From positions 124,001-188,000 of the forward strand of contig CBFFRP010000445.1 in assembly GCA_965644295.1 (NCBI GenBank): 64,000 bases of DNA, in the 5' to 3' direction. The position numbers were made by a program, and so were the translations under genes. This DNA is from Paraphysomonas bandaiensis (taxonomy: Eukaryota > Protista > Chrysophyceae). The notes under the pieces are model-generated. The model had not been told where the DNA came from. It did not search any database and saw only the letters and a list, made by a program, of their open reading frames with translations. This document shows, piece by piece, positions 26,189 through 38,900 of the stretch (position 1 is the first letter of the stretch; every line of letters starts with the position of its first letter).

Positions 26189-29100
26189 TTAGTCATATAA
26201 GTTATGTTCCTGTGCAAATTCCTCATCATCTGTGTCAAGCTCTTCGCCTTCCTTGATCTTCTTCTTCAGGATCTTGATCTTCGCCTTCTGGTCACGCTTA
26301 GAAAGTGTCTTCTTGACCTTTACCTCGCTAACGTTTCCGAGAGCATCAGTCATCTCGGTGATGATCTGGGTATCCGAGATCTTGTCGTCCTGTCTGTTCA
26401 TCCATCCCACTTCGCCCTTAGTGGTCAAGTGGCCAGCGTCCATCACCCACTCCTCGGGACAGAGGGTAGACACAAATTCGTTGTTGTGGGAAATGATAAC
26501 GACACCACCCTCGAACTCCTCAATAGCCTTAGCGAGGGCACCCAACGACTCTCTGTCGAGGTAGTTGGTAGGCTCGTCAAGAATGAGAATATGGGGTTGG
26601 TTCCACATGGCAGCGGCGATCACGACCTTAACCTTTTGTCCACCAGAGAGGGCAGACATACGGTAGTGGGTCGCGAACTCGGCACCAAGACCACAGTCAC
26701 CAAGGTGCTTCTCGACATTGGCGGAAGAGAGAGTGCGGACATAGAGACCAGCTCTCTGGGCAAGTCTGGCATCAATGGCCTTGCAGCCCTTGGACCATCC
26801 ACGTCTGGTAAGAGCCTCAACAGTAACCCAGCCCTCTTCACCACCCTTGAACTTCACTTCGTACTCAGTCTTCTTGTCCTTGTTCTCACGTCTGTTTCCA
26901 ACAAGTTCAGAAACAACCTTCATGGCCTTGCGCTGAGTTCCATCATCATCCTTCCATGAGTGCTCAAAGGGCTCGCTCTGGAGCTTCTTCTCCTCCTCGG
27001 TGAGAACCATCGAAACCTTAACGAGAGACTCCTTGTCCTCACCGTTGGCATATCTCCAACGAATGTACTCGTTAGGAGTCTTGTTGAGGTGGTTCTCAAT
27101 GTGGTGGAAAGCATGCTGAGCGACATATGCGATACGGGCATTAGGGTGCTTCCAGACCTCTCCAGTCTGAGGAACCACTTCTCCAGTGAGTACCTTAATC
27201 ATGGTGGACTTTCCGGCACCATTCTCTCCGACGCACCCCACACGAGAGGCCATGGACACCTGAACGCTGATGTCGAAGAGAGTAGGAGTGGTGTTGCCAG
27301 GGTAGGTGAAGTCACAGTGGGACATCTTCATGAGGGCCTTTGAGCGAGACTTAACACCCTCAATAGGACCAGGCTGAGGGAAGCTGAACTTAAGCTTGGA
27401 CTCCTTAAGACTGAAGTAGCTCATTGCCTCAGGGTTCTTGGCGATGAAGCTATCAAGGTTGCCCTTGTACTGGTGCAACTTGAGGCGGTCGATCTGAAGG
27501 ATGTTGGTACAGCAGTCATTAAGGAAGCCAGAGTCGTGGGACACCATGATGGCAGTCACGTTGGTGAGAGAGTTGATGTAGTTCTTAACCCAGGCCACGT
27601 TGATGACGTCCAAGTGGTTAGTAGGTTCATCGAGGAGCAGAATATCTGCTCTCTGAAGCATGGCACGAGCCATAGCGAGCTTCATTCTCCATCCACCAGA
27701 AAGAGATGACACAGGGTTGTTGGGCTTAGCCTTACCGTTCTCAGTGAACCCGACATTAGCCATGGTAGCAAGAACCTCCTCACGGGAGAGTCCAGCCAAG
27801 CGAGGGTCCTGCATGATGTAGTCCACGCAAGAAAGATGGGAAAGCTCACCAAGGATATCAGCCTCCACGAACACAGTGCGCACCTGAGAGGAATCAGGGA
27901 ATCCTTCCACAGATCCGTTGGCAATGGATCTCATGAGGGTGGTCTTTCCAGAATCGTTACCACCGAGAAGACCATACTTGGCACCTCTCTTGAGACGCAT
28001 GTTCGTGTTGTGAAGAAGAATCTTGGTACCGTAGGCAAGGGTAAACTGACAGTTGCAGAGCTCCTCGGCATCGTCGTCATCATCATCGTTGGCAGTCTCA
28101 ATCTTGATCATCTCCTTACATACGGGGATCAGGCTCTCGACAGCAGCAGCGGCGGCTGAGTCACCGATAAGCACAGCGAGCTGAGAGGATACATCAGACC
28201 ACTGCTCAACGTCGAAATGCTTCACTCCCATAAGAGAGCACACCAAAGAGGCGATGTGCTTGAGTGCAACCTCACCCTCGGCGGGGACACCAGACACCTT
28301 TTCCTTGAGGGTAGTGAGAACAAGGTCGTAGTTAATACCCTTGGTAACGATGCTCTTAACAAGATCATTGAGGCGATTAAGCTGGAAGGAAGCACGCTCA
28401 GAGACAGCGCGGGCCTCAGGATCAGACATAGCATCGGCAGATCTCTCGAGGGCAGGCATAAGCTCGGGAAGAAAGGGAGCAGCATCAAGAGGGTCATCGA
28501 CAAGCTTAGACATGTTGTCAATAATAACAGCAGACTGACGACGGGTAGCGGTGACACGACTCTTAAGACCACGAAGCAACAGGGGCACAACCATGGCAAG
28601 AGCAGGGGACTGCACAGACTGGACGAAGGTGACGCCAGCAAGGGCATGCATAATCTCAGGGACCTCCTCAGGATTGGTGATAGACTTGAGGATGTGAGAT
28701 GTCATGTGCTCAATATCTCTGTTTCCGATAACGTCACAGGCGGCAGACATGGCAGCGTAAGCAGCCTCGCTAACCTCCTTCTTCGTGTCAGTCATGCAGG
28801 CAGTCACCTCAGGCACAACCTGTGGGAGGGCATTTCCGAGCTGCTCAGGAGCGTGGTCGCCAAAACTGGCGATGACATTGAGAGCAAGCACGCGGCTGTT
28901 CCAGTTCTCCTCAATCTGAGCAGCAGCAAAGCAGTACTGAAGCACTTCACGAACAGAGTTAGCGCAAGCGTTTGAGGTGATGGCCTTCACAGAGTCAGCG
29001 GCGGCCTTACGAATAGCACCCTGCTTGCAGCCAGAAGCCTTAAAGAGAACAGGCAGACTGGCGCACAGGTGAGCCTCAGCAGACTGCATGCAGTTGTTGG

Positions 29101-29299
29101 CCAGCACAGTGTACACACCACATGCATCCACAGTGGCAGACACGTCGCCCTTGCCGGTCTTTGAGACCTGAGCATCGAGCTTAGCGATGAGAGGAGGAAG
29201 AACCTTCCAGTCCCCCTTAACAGAAGAGATAAGAGCTGACTCATTCTCAGGGCTCAAGGAGAGGTTCTTCATTAGCTGGTTAACGTCAAAAGCGGCCAT
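26189..29299 (-). CDS. YEF3: Eukaryotic translation elongation factor 3 (eEF3), intronless, ~1036 aa
   Basis: HEAT region with ALAGVTFVQSVQSPAL..PLLLRGL, EELCNCQFTLAYG, ABC1 (GGNDSGKT, LSGGWRMK, LLLDEPTNHLD), ABC2 (GENGAGKST, YVAQHAFHH, chromodomain-like insert, LSGGQKVK, DEPTNYLD) and a basic/acidic tail. Likely start MAAFD at 29299. Confidence 0.96.
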   Translation of the reverse strand: MAAFDVNQLMKNLSLSPENESALISSVKGDWKVLPPLIAKLDAQVSKTGKGDVSATVDACGVYTVLANNCMQSAEAHLCASLPVLFKASGCKQGAIRKAAADSVKAITSNACANSVREVLQYCFAAAQIEENWNSRVLALNVIASFGDHAPEQLGNALPQVVPEVTACMTDTKKEVSEAAYAAMSAACDVIGNRDIEHMTSHILKSITNPEEVPEIMHALAGVTFVQSVQSPALAMVVPLLLRGLKSRVTATRRQSAVIIDNMSKLVDDPLDAAPFLPELMPALERSADAMSDPEARAVSERASFQLNRLNDLVKSIVTKGINYDLVLTTLKEKVSGVPAEGEVALKHIASLVCSLMGVKHFDVEQWSDVSSQLAVLIGDSAAAAAVESLIPVCKEMIKIETANDDDDDDAEELCNCQFTLAYGTKILLHNTNMRLKRGAKYGLLGGNDSGKTTLMRSIANGSVEGFPDSSQVRTVFVEADILGELSHLSCVDYIMQDPRLAGLSREEVLATMANVGFTENGKAKPNNPVSSLSGGWRMKLAMARAMLQRADILLLDEPTNHLDVINVAWVKNYINSLTNVTAIMVSHDSGFLNDCCTNILQIDRLKLHQYKGNLDSFIAKNPEAMSYFSLKESKLKFSFPQPGPIEGVKSRSKALMKMSHCDFTYPGNTTPTLFDISVQVSMASRVGCVGENGAGKSTMIKVLTGEVVPQTGEVWKHPNARIAYVAQHAFHHIENHLNKTPNEYIRWRYANGEDKESLVKVSMVLTEEEKKLQSEPFEHSWKDDDGTQRKAMKVVSELVGNRRENKDKKTEYEVKFKGGEEGWVTVEALTRRGWSKGCKAIDARLAQRAGLYVRTLSSANVEKHLGDCGLGAEFATHYRMSALSGGQKVKVVIAAAMWNQPHILILDEPTNYLDRESLGALAKAIEEFEGGVVIISHNNEFVSTLCPEEWVMDAGHLTTKGEVGWMNRQDDKISDTQIITEMTDALGNVSEVKVKKTLSKRDQKAKIKILKKKIKEGEELDTDDEEFAQEHNLYD

Positions 29300-31825
29300 G
29301 TTAATATAGCTGTTGTGCTTCTGACTTATGGATGGAGTCACTACAAGGGGGCGAATAATATGAAGAACTTCACTGCTCGACGCACTTCATGCGAACGGAC
29401 ACAACCGTATGAATTGAATGGCTCATCGCGTCATGTCCACCAATTTCATCAATCCCATGTTCTGTTCCAGTTCTGTGGTCCAATCATATGGTTAACAGCA
29501 CCAAAGTGCGTTCGTGGTTCGTCACTCCCGGACAAGAATAGTATCTTTAAGAGATTATTGGACATCATAAACTGAAAACGATTAATATGATTGGACGGCA
29601 CTGTTTTGTAGGTGAGTTTTCATCCAATTGTTTGTTTGTTTGTGCAGGCATGAAAAAAACAAGGTAGTTTTAATATTCATCAATATAGCCAGAGATACTG
29701 TGCATCCTGCGTGCACAATAGGAACATGAATCCCTGTTGGCTTCCTTGCATGTTGCTTCAAGAAAATGGAAAGAAAATACGCAGTCGGTTCTGGTAATGG
29801 CGTACGTAGAGTGAGCATATTGCATCTATATTGCAAGGAAGTCTTCAAGAAAATAATAAGCTCTCAACTATCATATGCACTTGCACATACTCTCTGCTGA
29901 AGAAGCCATATTCAACTAAGATTACAACAGTACAGAGAGTTGTGTATAAGATTTCATTCCAATGTAATAAATGCGTGGGTGATTGTACCAGGAGTATACT
30001 GTTTCCAGGTGTATAAACAAACGATCATGATACATTCAACACTACCTTACAGCAAATGATAATACAGAAGGAAATGTATCAGACAGTCTGATGTATATTG
30101 TTTCGGTCTCTTAAGGGAGTAATTCGAACAAAAGCGAGATATTTACACAGGAAGTTCATACAAGACTGTTTTACTTTTAGTTTTGAAGGCCCTATCCCCT
30201 TGTTTGGTAGCAATAAAAAGTGATTCACAGCTCATATCGCCAGGTGGCCATATCTATTTCCACAATGAAAATGGAGAAAAAGATATCGTAAGATATATAT
30301 AGTAAAATATTTTCAATGAATATGGCGTGCTATACCTTAGAGTCTATACAAACTATATACGTCATTGAACATATATAGTATATACTACGTACGTAATAGG
30401 TAATAGAATGTGTTAATAATTAACATTAGTTCATTTACGCATGTATAATGTAAGTGTATCCGCCGGATACAACTTCTGGCTTCTGGGAATACAACAATGC
30501 GTTCTATAGGTAAGCTTGATAAGGGTTTTCAATTCTCACATAAAAAGTAACATTCGAATTCGTGATACTTTCATTAAAAGTATGAGTATATCAACAGGGG
30601 TGAAAAGAATGCCACTTAAAACATATTATGTATTATACAGAACACATCTAATTTATTTAACAACTCGATCATTCAACTATGCTTATAATTCTCATGTATA
30701 GAATTAGACATTAGACATCCTCAACCTCACTCAAAGAAAATGGAAAAGTGCATGATACCTTTAAGTTTTTTGTATATATCGGTGTTACTGCAAATGATAT
30801 GGACAATTATCTCTCGATCATATTATCTCCGTCATAACTTCTCTGTATAAGATAAGAGACGTTTGCATTATTCCTTTGAAATGAAGCAATCCAACACTTA
30901 CGATGAAAGCATCAGAGCAGTGAAACCAGATAGGCACCTACAACCCGGACCTTTCCGTAATGCAAATTAGGTCTACTACAAAAGGCAAAGTTCGCAAGCC
31001 CAATTAACGCATTGATTAACATAAAACGGAGTCACGTAAATCAGTTCTTGTGTCATGCCATAAACGAGAATATAAGTGTCGTCATACAACTCGTCGAAGT
31101 CGTCGTACCCCGTATCCACTATACGCAACCTATATCAGTACCTGGTGCCCGCATGGCCTATACTTCTTTAAGTACGAGCACGACTCCTCTATAGCCAAGA
31201 GAGACGATATACTGTAGTTATGTCGGATATACGACCATCGCAGTCATTGGCATAGACTACTGAGGTTCAGGTAGAGCTTGGCTGCAAGTCACGCGAAGGG
31301 GCGTAAACTGACAGTGTAGGGCCTCCTCACTGGCATGATAGACGCTAACAACCCCATGCAGTATCCTTCTAACTCCCTCAGCACCATCATGAGGTAGCTG
31401 GCAGTTAACTTCAGCACAATTGTACAGTGTATTTTGATGTGTATTCCTTTCAAATATTCGATTGTTGAAGTTGGACAACGTGCGGTACATCTCACTCCGT
31501 TCCTACTCCGTGAAAAATATTGTCCTCATATTTTACAACTTTTTGATATGTTTTTTCTATAAAAATTTAGGTGTAAAAATGTAACATTTCGGAAAAAAAG
31601 TGAAGTGCGGTTTGATGTGCGGACATCATGAAGAGCCTGGAATTCTATTGGCCTATCAACGATCTTTGATTTTACAGATGCGATGCCTGTGTGTGTGTGT
31701 GACTCTTGAAGGCTCTGGATTCGTTATGATGGAATTGCATGACATACATTCCAATTAATATCATATGAAGGCTATGCAGCAGATGAAACCATAGTTACTG
31801 AGGAGTGATTGATCGTTCGTGTGTT

Positions 31826-33808
31826 ATGCAGTCTGCTAATGCCAGTTTGGACTGTGATAATGCAGGAAATAAGAACACAAACGGATCAGAAAGAGATCAG
31901 AGTGGAAACAGTGAGACGAACAATGGGAAGAACCCTCCGTCTGAGTCCGTCACGTCCAATGAGACCAGTTTGTCGTCTGTAACGGTCAGTACAGGAGGAG
32001 GTCGCAGCTTCTTTCCGGTCGACTCTACTGACGACTGCAACTCATTCAACTCATCCAAACAATCAGGCACTATTTCAATTGAAGAAAGCGATGAGAATGC
32101 GACGGACTCCACCTATGTGGGTCAGTCTGATATTAGAAAGGATTCGTCCAGGCGCCCATCACCTGCAGCCTCCAGTGAGCCGGCCTTAACACAGCGCACT
32201 CTGACCATGCTTCAGAACTCTTTGTCAGGCCAAACTATGCATTCCAACTCAAACTATGGCGATTTTCCATACACACACAAAGAAATGCACAGCAATGTGC
32301 CGTATGCCACAGATGTTGAGGCACAGTCTCTCAATGCGGCTGTGCCAATGAAAGTAATGATAATGGGACATTCAACAGTATTGCTAACCCCTGTGTACGA
32401 GGTTGACCACGCATCCATATTGCAGATGTGTACGCAGTCAAATTCTGGTACGCAGAAGCTCCTCGTCAGGTTGCAAACTGACTCTTCGACTACAGTCGCT
32501 CCCATTCCCTCGTACACCCCATACCAATTTTCCCCTTCTGTTCCAACAACTATTATCAACCCGAAACATATATATCGTACCTCAGGGGATTCCTTCAGGA
32601 TACAGATGTCCGCAGGATCCAAGTCGAAGCCGAACCGAAAATTTTCTCGAAATGTCCGTGGAGAGACCGATGCTTTGATATTGTGTGAATACGCGCTGAT
32701 TCTACTAGATAAACCTACCTCGTTCACTGATATTCTCTCGAACGGTAACTTCAAGTGCTTTTTACAGCGCAAGATTGCTACCTCGGTTGAGCAATTCGGG
32801 AACTTGTTACATGAACGCCTACCAGAGTTCGAGAAGCGCGACTTACTGAAACAGCAAGAGTACGAAGCCATTGCCTCCCTTCTACAGAGGAGTGTCCCGT
32901 ATGTATATCTATCCGAGCCACAAGGACCACCCCTGAACCAACATCCTGCAGTTGGGGGTTACAAGTCTAATGAAGCAAGGAATGACGCCAGAGGTCGTGT
33001 GCTGGGACAGTCGTTACAGCAGCATGGAGGCCAGCATATAAATTCACACATCTCTCCTCATGCTAGTTTCAGTCATCCGAGTGCACAAAGGCAGGCCCAA
33101 CAGGTTCTCTCCCAACACCCTCACAGTGCACCGACCAATGCGTACGCGCCCTCTGGGCAATTCTTAGCTAATCCGCCTCAGTCTATACCCCAATTCATAT
33201 ATGGGCGTCAGTCTATGCACATGCAGTCACAAGCGTACACGTTACCGACACCTGCTAATGTTGGTCGTTCTGGCACTTCTTACCCAGGCTATGGGTTGCC
33301 AATCCCCCCGTCGACAGCAGCTATAACAACCAATCTGACTACGAGTTGGGACACGTTAATGTCTCAGGATGGACAGACTGGTCCATCAAATAAAAGGCGT
33401 AGACGCTCGACTCGCGATAATAGTCAGTATTCCAATTCTACTCTGAATTCGAGTGCAGAGGGCATCGGCCCAGAGAACAACCACGCAACAATTACTCAAG
33501 GTCGGAGTTCCCCACAGCAGTCACTAAAAGAGCATTCTTTGATCCCTTCATTTGTACCGTTTCACGGTGATGCAGGATCCTCAGAGGATTTCTTTTCCTC
33601 GTCTTTGGCACTTGCATTGAGGGGTGACTCTGAATATTCCGGTTCAGTTCTACAGGTGTCGTCTGGAAACCGCAGTAACAAATTGCCTATGCTTCATCCT
33701 GCAACCGCCATGAGCAGTGCCCCTAATCCGATGGGTGCGATATTTAGCATGCATGGAGATGCGTATGACAACTCCATGAGCCATATACCTAACGGTGATG
33801 AGATATAA
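31826..33808 (+). CDS. Uncharacterised Ser/Gln-rich, largely disordered protein (~660 aa), possibly nuclear
   Basis: 2-kb uninterrupted ORF in an AT-rich context, with an NLS-like KRRRR and a central globular-looking segment (ALILCEYALILL...FLQRKIA). Confidence 0.75.
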   Translation: MQSANASLDCDNAGNKNTNGSERDQSGNSETNNGKNPPSESVTSNETSLSSVTVSTGGGRSFFPVDSTDDCNSFNSSKQSGTISIEESDENATDSTYVGQSDIRKDSSRRPSPAASSEPALTQRTLTMLQNSLSGQTMHSNSNYGDFPYTHKEMHSNVPYATDVEAQSLNAAVPMKVMIMGHSTVLLTPVYEVDHASILQMCTQSNSGTQKLLVRLQTDSSTTVAPIPSYTPYQFSPSVPTTIINPKHIYRTSGDSFRIQMSAGSKSKPNRKFSRNVRGETDALILCEYALILLDKPTSFTDILSNGNFKCFLQRKIATSVEQFGNLLHERLPEFEKRDLLKQQEYEAIASLLQRSVPYVYLSEPQGPPLNQHPAVGGYKSNEARNDARGRVLGQSLQQHGGQHINSHISPHASFSHPSAQRQAQQVLSQHPHSAPTNAYAPSGQFLANPPQSIPQFIYGRQSMHMQSQAYTLPTPANVGRSGTSYPGYGLPIPPSTAAITTNLTTSWDTLMSQDGQTGPSNKRRRRSTRDNSQYSNSTLNSSAEGIGPENNHATITQGRSSPQQSLKEHSLIPSFVPFHGDAGSSEDFFSSSLALALRGDSEYSGSVLQVSSGNRSNKLPMLHPATAMSSAPNPMGAIFSMHGDAYDNSMSHIPNGDEI

Positions 33809-35919
33809 CACATGCTACCAGACTCCTTGTCGTGGAAAGCCGCGGCCTTCATATTTTTGCTACATTGGTGTGCTAGAATTTCTCTGGGTCATGAATTTTG
33901 TGCTGGGTATAGTAAGCTCATTCCCATTGGTTTCTCCACTGTGAGTTTATTTCTCTTTTCCGCAACTGTTCCATCGATTGAAACAGTTCCAGTCTAACGT
34001 ATTATCAGATAACAATTGTATTTAGGATTTGTATGAATTGCAGCGCAATGGCTTCCTGGATTTCATTTTTTCGCTTGCCTCATGCTAATTCGTGTTCAGT
34101 ATAGCTCAGTATCACTTTGTTTAAGTAGATTGAGGTGGAGATGTGCATTACAAAGTGCAACATTTTGGACACGCGATTATATATATATTTCTTCGGTAAA
34201 AGTGGTGCTGTTGACGCAGATGATGTGACCACAGACATGAAAAGATCATACATTCCACAGTACATGAAAATGTTATAGTTTAAGTTGTAGTGTTTTTAGT
34301 AATATATAATAAATGTGAAGTAATATTATTATCCAGTTTACCTTTCATTGCATTTATTGTACATATAGTTCAACGTAGAATACGTTTCAAGAATATATCT
34401 TTTCATGAAATAATGCTATTGACTCTTATCCTTATTAAAATTAAAAGCTGTAGCTTCTAAGATATTTGAATTATATCCGCTACTCGAAGAATACAGTAGT
34501 AGCTAACCGTATTATGAGAACCAAAAATATGATATGATAGCCATTGTAGTGATGAAACTGAAATATACTGACTGTACAAGATAGTGACGATGTAAGATCG
34601 TACTAGAAATGGTTGGTGTAGTAGAGATAAAAAGAGTTTGTGAACGTCAATGAATAAAGATTGGTATCGCTTATAATTTTTATATAATATTCTATATCAG
34701 TGTTTATCAAAACCTTATTACTAAGTATGTCAATTTCTAACAAACACGTACTTTTTAAAACAATATAAATAGTTCAAACTTCAATACATAGGTGATGTCA
34801 GAACATTCATGCATTAATACTCACAATTTTTCTATTGTAATAACAGAGATCTGAATTCACTATCTTTCTAAAAAGCAGTAGATAGCCAATTCATAGTTTA
34901 TATTATATATTCAACTAAAATGAGACGTCGACATTGAACAGTAGTCAAGACTGCAGCTAATAGTAGCTATACTGATTATAGAGACTAAATATATTACTGC
35001 TGATGCAGAAAACGGTATATATGAGAGATCTTGGCAAAAAGCTTGAATAACGTGGATTTGAGCTTAGTAGCATTGGTGCATGTTTTTAAGGCCTATTGCT
35101 AAATAATAAGACTTTCAATATATGAGCTTAGTAAAGTTGCGCCTCCAATTATTCTGAATAGGGAAAGCATGGGTACGATTGATCTCTTGCCCAAACACAA
35201 TGTGATTAAGCACATCCGTAGCACCCATTGAATTTTTGTGAGAAGGTGGGAGATCGTATATTGTCAGGCTGAACAAAAGACAGTAGACAATTCAACGTCT
35301 TTATATATAGAAAACTGTAATCCCAGCATATTATATATACTTGTGATATTATGTCAGGTATGCTGTACTACTATACACTATACTATAATGTTCTATTACT
35401 GCGAATGTTGAAACAGGATTAGAACTCTGAGAGAGATACTCTTATATATAAACTGGCAACAAAATACAACAACCTAAACCATAAAAAACATACATTACTT
35501 ATAAGAATCTAAAATAAACGATCTATCTACGCAGCGACTGAAATCACTTATCAAAAAGGCACACAGACTACTATATTAAGTTTTTGAAGAGTTGGAAAAA
35601 CTCTTTCTGTGTATCTTCTCAGTAAGTTACTTCTCAATGTAAATGACGCGTTCTAATGCAGGATTCTTGTCGTTCAAACAGAAATTTGGTTCAAGTTGCA
35701 AGTAGATGACCTGAAGTGGATAATTGACATAACTAAAAAGTATGTTAACATTAAAATACATCAACACGCTAGCGTTCTCTAATAAGTACAGCGAAAAATA
35801 GATTTTACATCCGCCCAGTTATTTCACCAGGACAGTAATGGTACACTTCTGATGACATGTATGTATCCTTCACAAGATTTTATGTATATTGTATGACGTA
35901 ATAAGTATTCGTCATAAAC

Positions 35920-38900
35920 TTAATTTCCGAGATAGTCTGGAGAAAAACCCTCATCGCGAATTACCGCACGGAACGATAGATCTTTCTTCGGTAGTGGGGG
36001 TAAGCGTACTGGAAGATTTCCTCTTGTAGGTTGCTTCCGATTTTCGAGCACAGACTGACTATCTACACTTTCCTGATTGGTCTTGGTTTTCAACTGCGTG
36101 TTGTCATGACGATCTGTGCTACCTTTTACACTGCAGTCGTCTACACTACATGACTGCTCCACGATTTCCTTCTCATACTCTGATTCCGCGACCCAAGAAC
36201 CACTGCGGCGGCGTAGAAGGACTCTCCTCTGTGCGTCCATCACGACATTCGCAAGAGACGTGTCCAAGACTGCAATTTGTTCAGCACCACTTTCATTTAA
36301 CAATTTCTGGGCCCTTCCCTCGTCGCTACCCTTGCGTTGTATATATCCACTAAATCTCTTTCTCGTATTCTGGACGATGGAACCCATAGTGCTGAGACTT
36401 CCCCTGTATGTATCTTCGGCAGTAAATTGTCTTGAGCCTTCTAGATCCCGCATAGACAAAGTATTGGACACATTCTGTAATTCACTTAAAAATTTCTGTT
36501 TCTCTTTTCCCACTAGATAATGCACACTACGTTTCGTGCGATTGTATACGCTCCTTACGGATTCACCAAATATTGCTCTGCCTGATCGCTTATTGGCAAC
36601 CCAACGTCTGATATTGCGGCGTAGAAGACGTTTATATTTAAACGTTGGTACGTCACACATAATGACGATAAACGTTACCAAATCAATGCCCTGACCTGGA
36701 CAAAAAAATCAAACAACTGGAATATACAATGAAAATAACATACAATAGCAGTGGACAATACAATCACTAAAAGTTCCGTTCAAAGCATGCAGACCGACGC
36801 AATCTACGCACGGCTAACAATGTACCTCTGTCCGCTTTTCCTAACTCCTTCTCCACATCGCAATCCAAAAAAAGGTCTTTAATACACTGAAAGCTGAGCG
36901 CTATTTCATTTATCTCTATTGTACCACCACCATCGAGATCCAGAGAATTAAATACTTCTCGGAAATACTTCACTTGAATATCTGTCAGCTGCAAGCACTT
37001 CTGCAGAGTTTTGACTTGGCGATCCAACTTTTTCTCTTTTTCCTGCATTTCGCGAGCTTGTTCCATAGAAGTTGTCACGACACCGATAAATAGTGTAAGA
37101 AGAACCAGAGCACCCAAAACTATAAACACATGAAAGTAGGCTGCTGCAAGTAGACCGCGTGATTTCGGCTCCCTGCACATATCCGGAAAATCTTCATACA
37201 CGCCTGCATAGAAAAACGACAACAAATAATGAATATATATATATATATATATTAGGCAAGTGTATTGACGTTGTACTATAGTTCAGTCAGACTTTTAAGG
37301 ACAACTTATTGACATCCTGCTATATTCTTCGAATACTATTTCACAGCCATATAATGCGAATCATCTCACCTGCATAGTTATCGCACCCATATATGTTCAC
37401 ATACATTACTTCACTCCAATCATCCAGAGTACTGCATCTAAAAAGTGTGAACATGGCAATATGTAAATTTCCAAAGTGGAAAGGGTCGTTTTCCTGGAAC
37501 AATAGCATGCCCAATATAGCAAAAACATAGAAACATAGAAACAAAATTAGCCCAATATAGCCGATCGACCCCAGACCCATCAACAGTGCATTCACAATAA
37601 CTTCTAGTTGCGGAAGGGACTTGACCAGCTTAAGTACCCTCAACAATCGTAACAGTCGTAATACAGTTAGCAGCGATCCGGCCCCTGGTAAATAGGCGCC
37701 CACGACCACAATGAAATCGAACACATTCCAATTATCTCCAAAGTATGTCCATGGGGTCAAGCCTTCACCAAGAAGCTTTAAAGCCACTTCAAAAGTGAAA
37801 ACAGAGAGTACCAAGCTATCTAACGCATCACTAACTGCAGATACTACAGGAATACCTATGATTCGGCGATCTGTTCGTATACCCACATTGATCCCGGCAA
37901 GCAAAATGAACAACGTAATCACAGCAACAAACTTGGAATGTTCTGACATATATTTACAGTATTCCGCAAATATTCTATACTTCTGCGTTAATGTAACGGC
38001 ACTACCCATACGAATACGGAAATTTTCTGCACTTTTTGGCAAGTCATGTAGCCCTTCAGGTAATTCGCCCAAAGCCACTCTCAATTTGTAACCTAGCAAA
38101 CGACTGCGTCGCTGAGACGCGTCATGCTCTAAGTAGTCCAACCCCTCTTTCAACGCATCCGGCATGAGAAAGGATAACTTCCTGGATGTAAAATTTGGGT
38201 TGCGCTTTGATTTACTGGAGAGGGTTGGGTTACCATAACTTCTTCGTGAGCCCTTCATACTTTTCGTGTTGTAGCTCGAGTCAAAACTACCAATAGCTGC
38301 TAATGCATCGTTTCTTTCGGCCACAATATCTTTCGATAAACTACTCTGCAGAACGGGTAGCTTCAAGTCATATATATCTAAGACTTGAGATGATTTTTGT
38401 GAGTCGACTTGACCCGTTGCAGACTGAACTTGGCTTGCCGAAGAACTAATTTCAAAATCAGAAGGCAAATTTCGACGCTTTGTGGATTCTGTTTGGCTAT
38501 TCACGGGCTCACATTCAGCAATACACGGTTCTTTTGATATGGAGCATTCATCCGCGCATGCAGCTGAGGGCACATATTCTGCATTGGATGGCTCATTCGG
38601 TATCACCATTTCGTCGATTTGAGCTTTTGATGGCTCAACTTCGCTATTGGACGAGTTTATTGGACCTGGTAAAGATTGCATTCCCGTGATGGGTTCGGGC
38701 TCTGCATACACTACGTCTCGTATTTGCCTGATGTATTCTTCAGACATGTCAGTATCTAGTGGGTCAGTGTCCACTGCCGTCTGTGCTGTAGCTCGGAGGG
38801 ACACGTCTGCTTGTGCCGACGGATGGATAGCAGTCTTGGAAAACACTCCAAACTTGGCCCTTCTCGTAGACACTGTGTAATCTTTCTTCACTTCATTGTA

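Noticed and set aside
26204-28975. Long plus-strand ORFs (251 aa, 252 aa and others)
   Set aside because: Antisense shadows of codon-biased eEF3.
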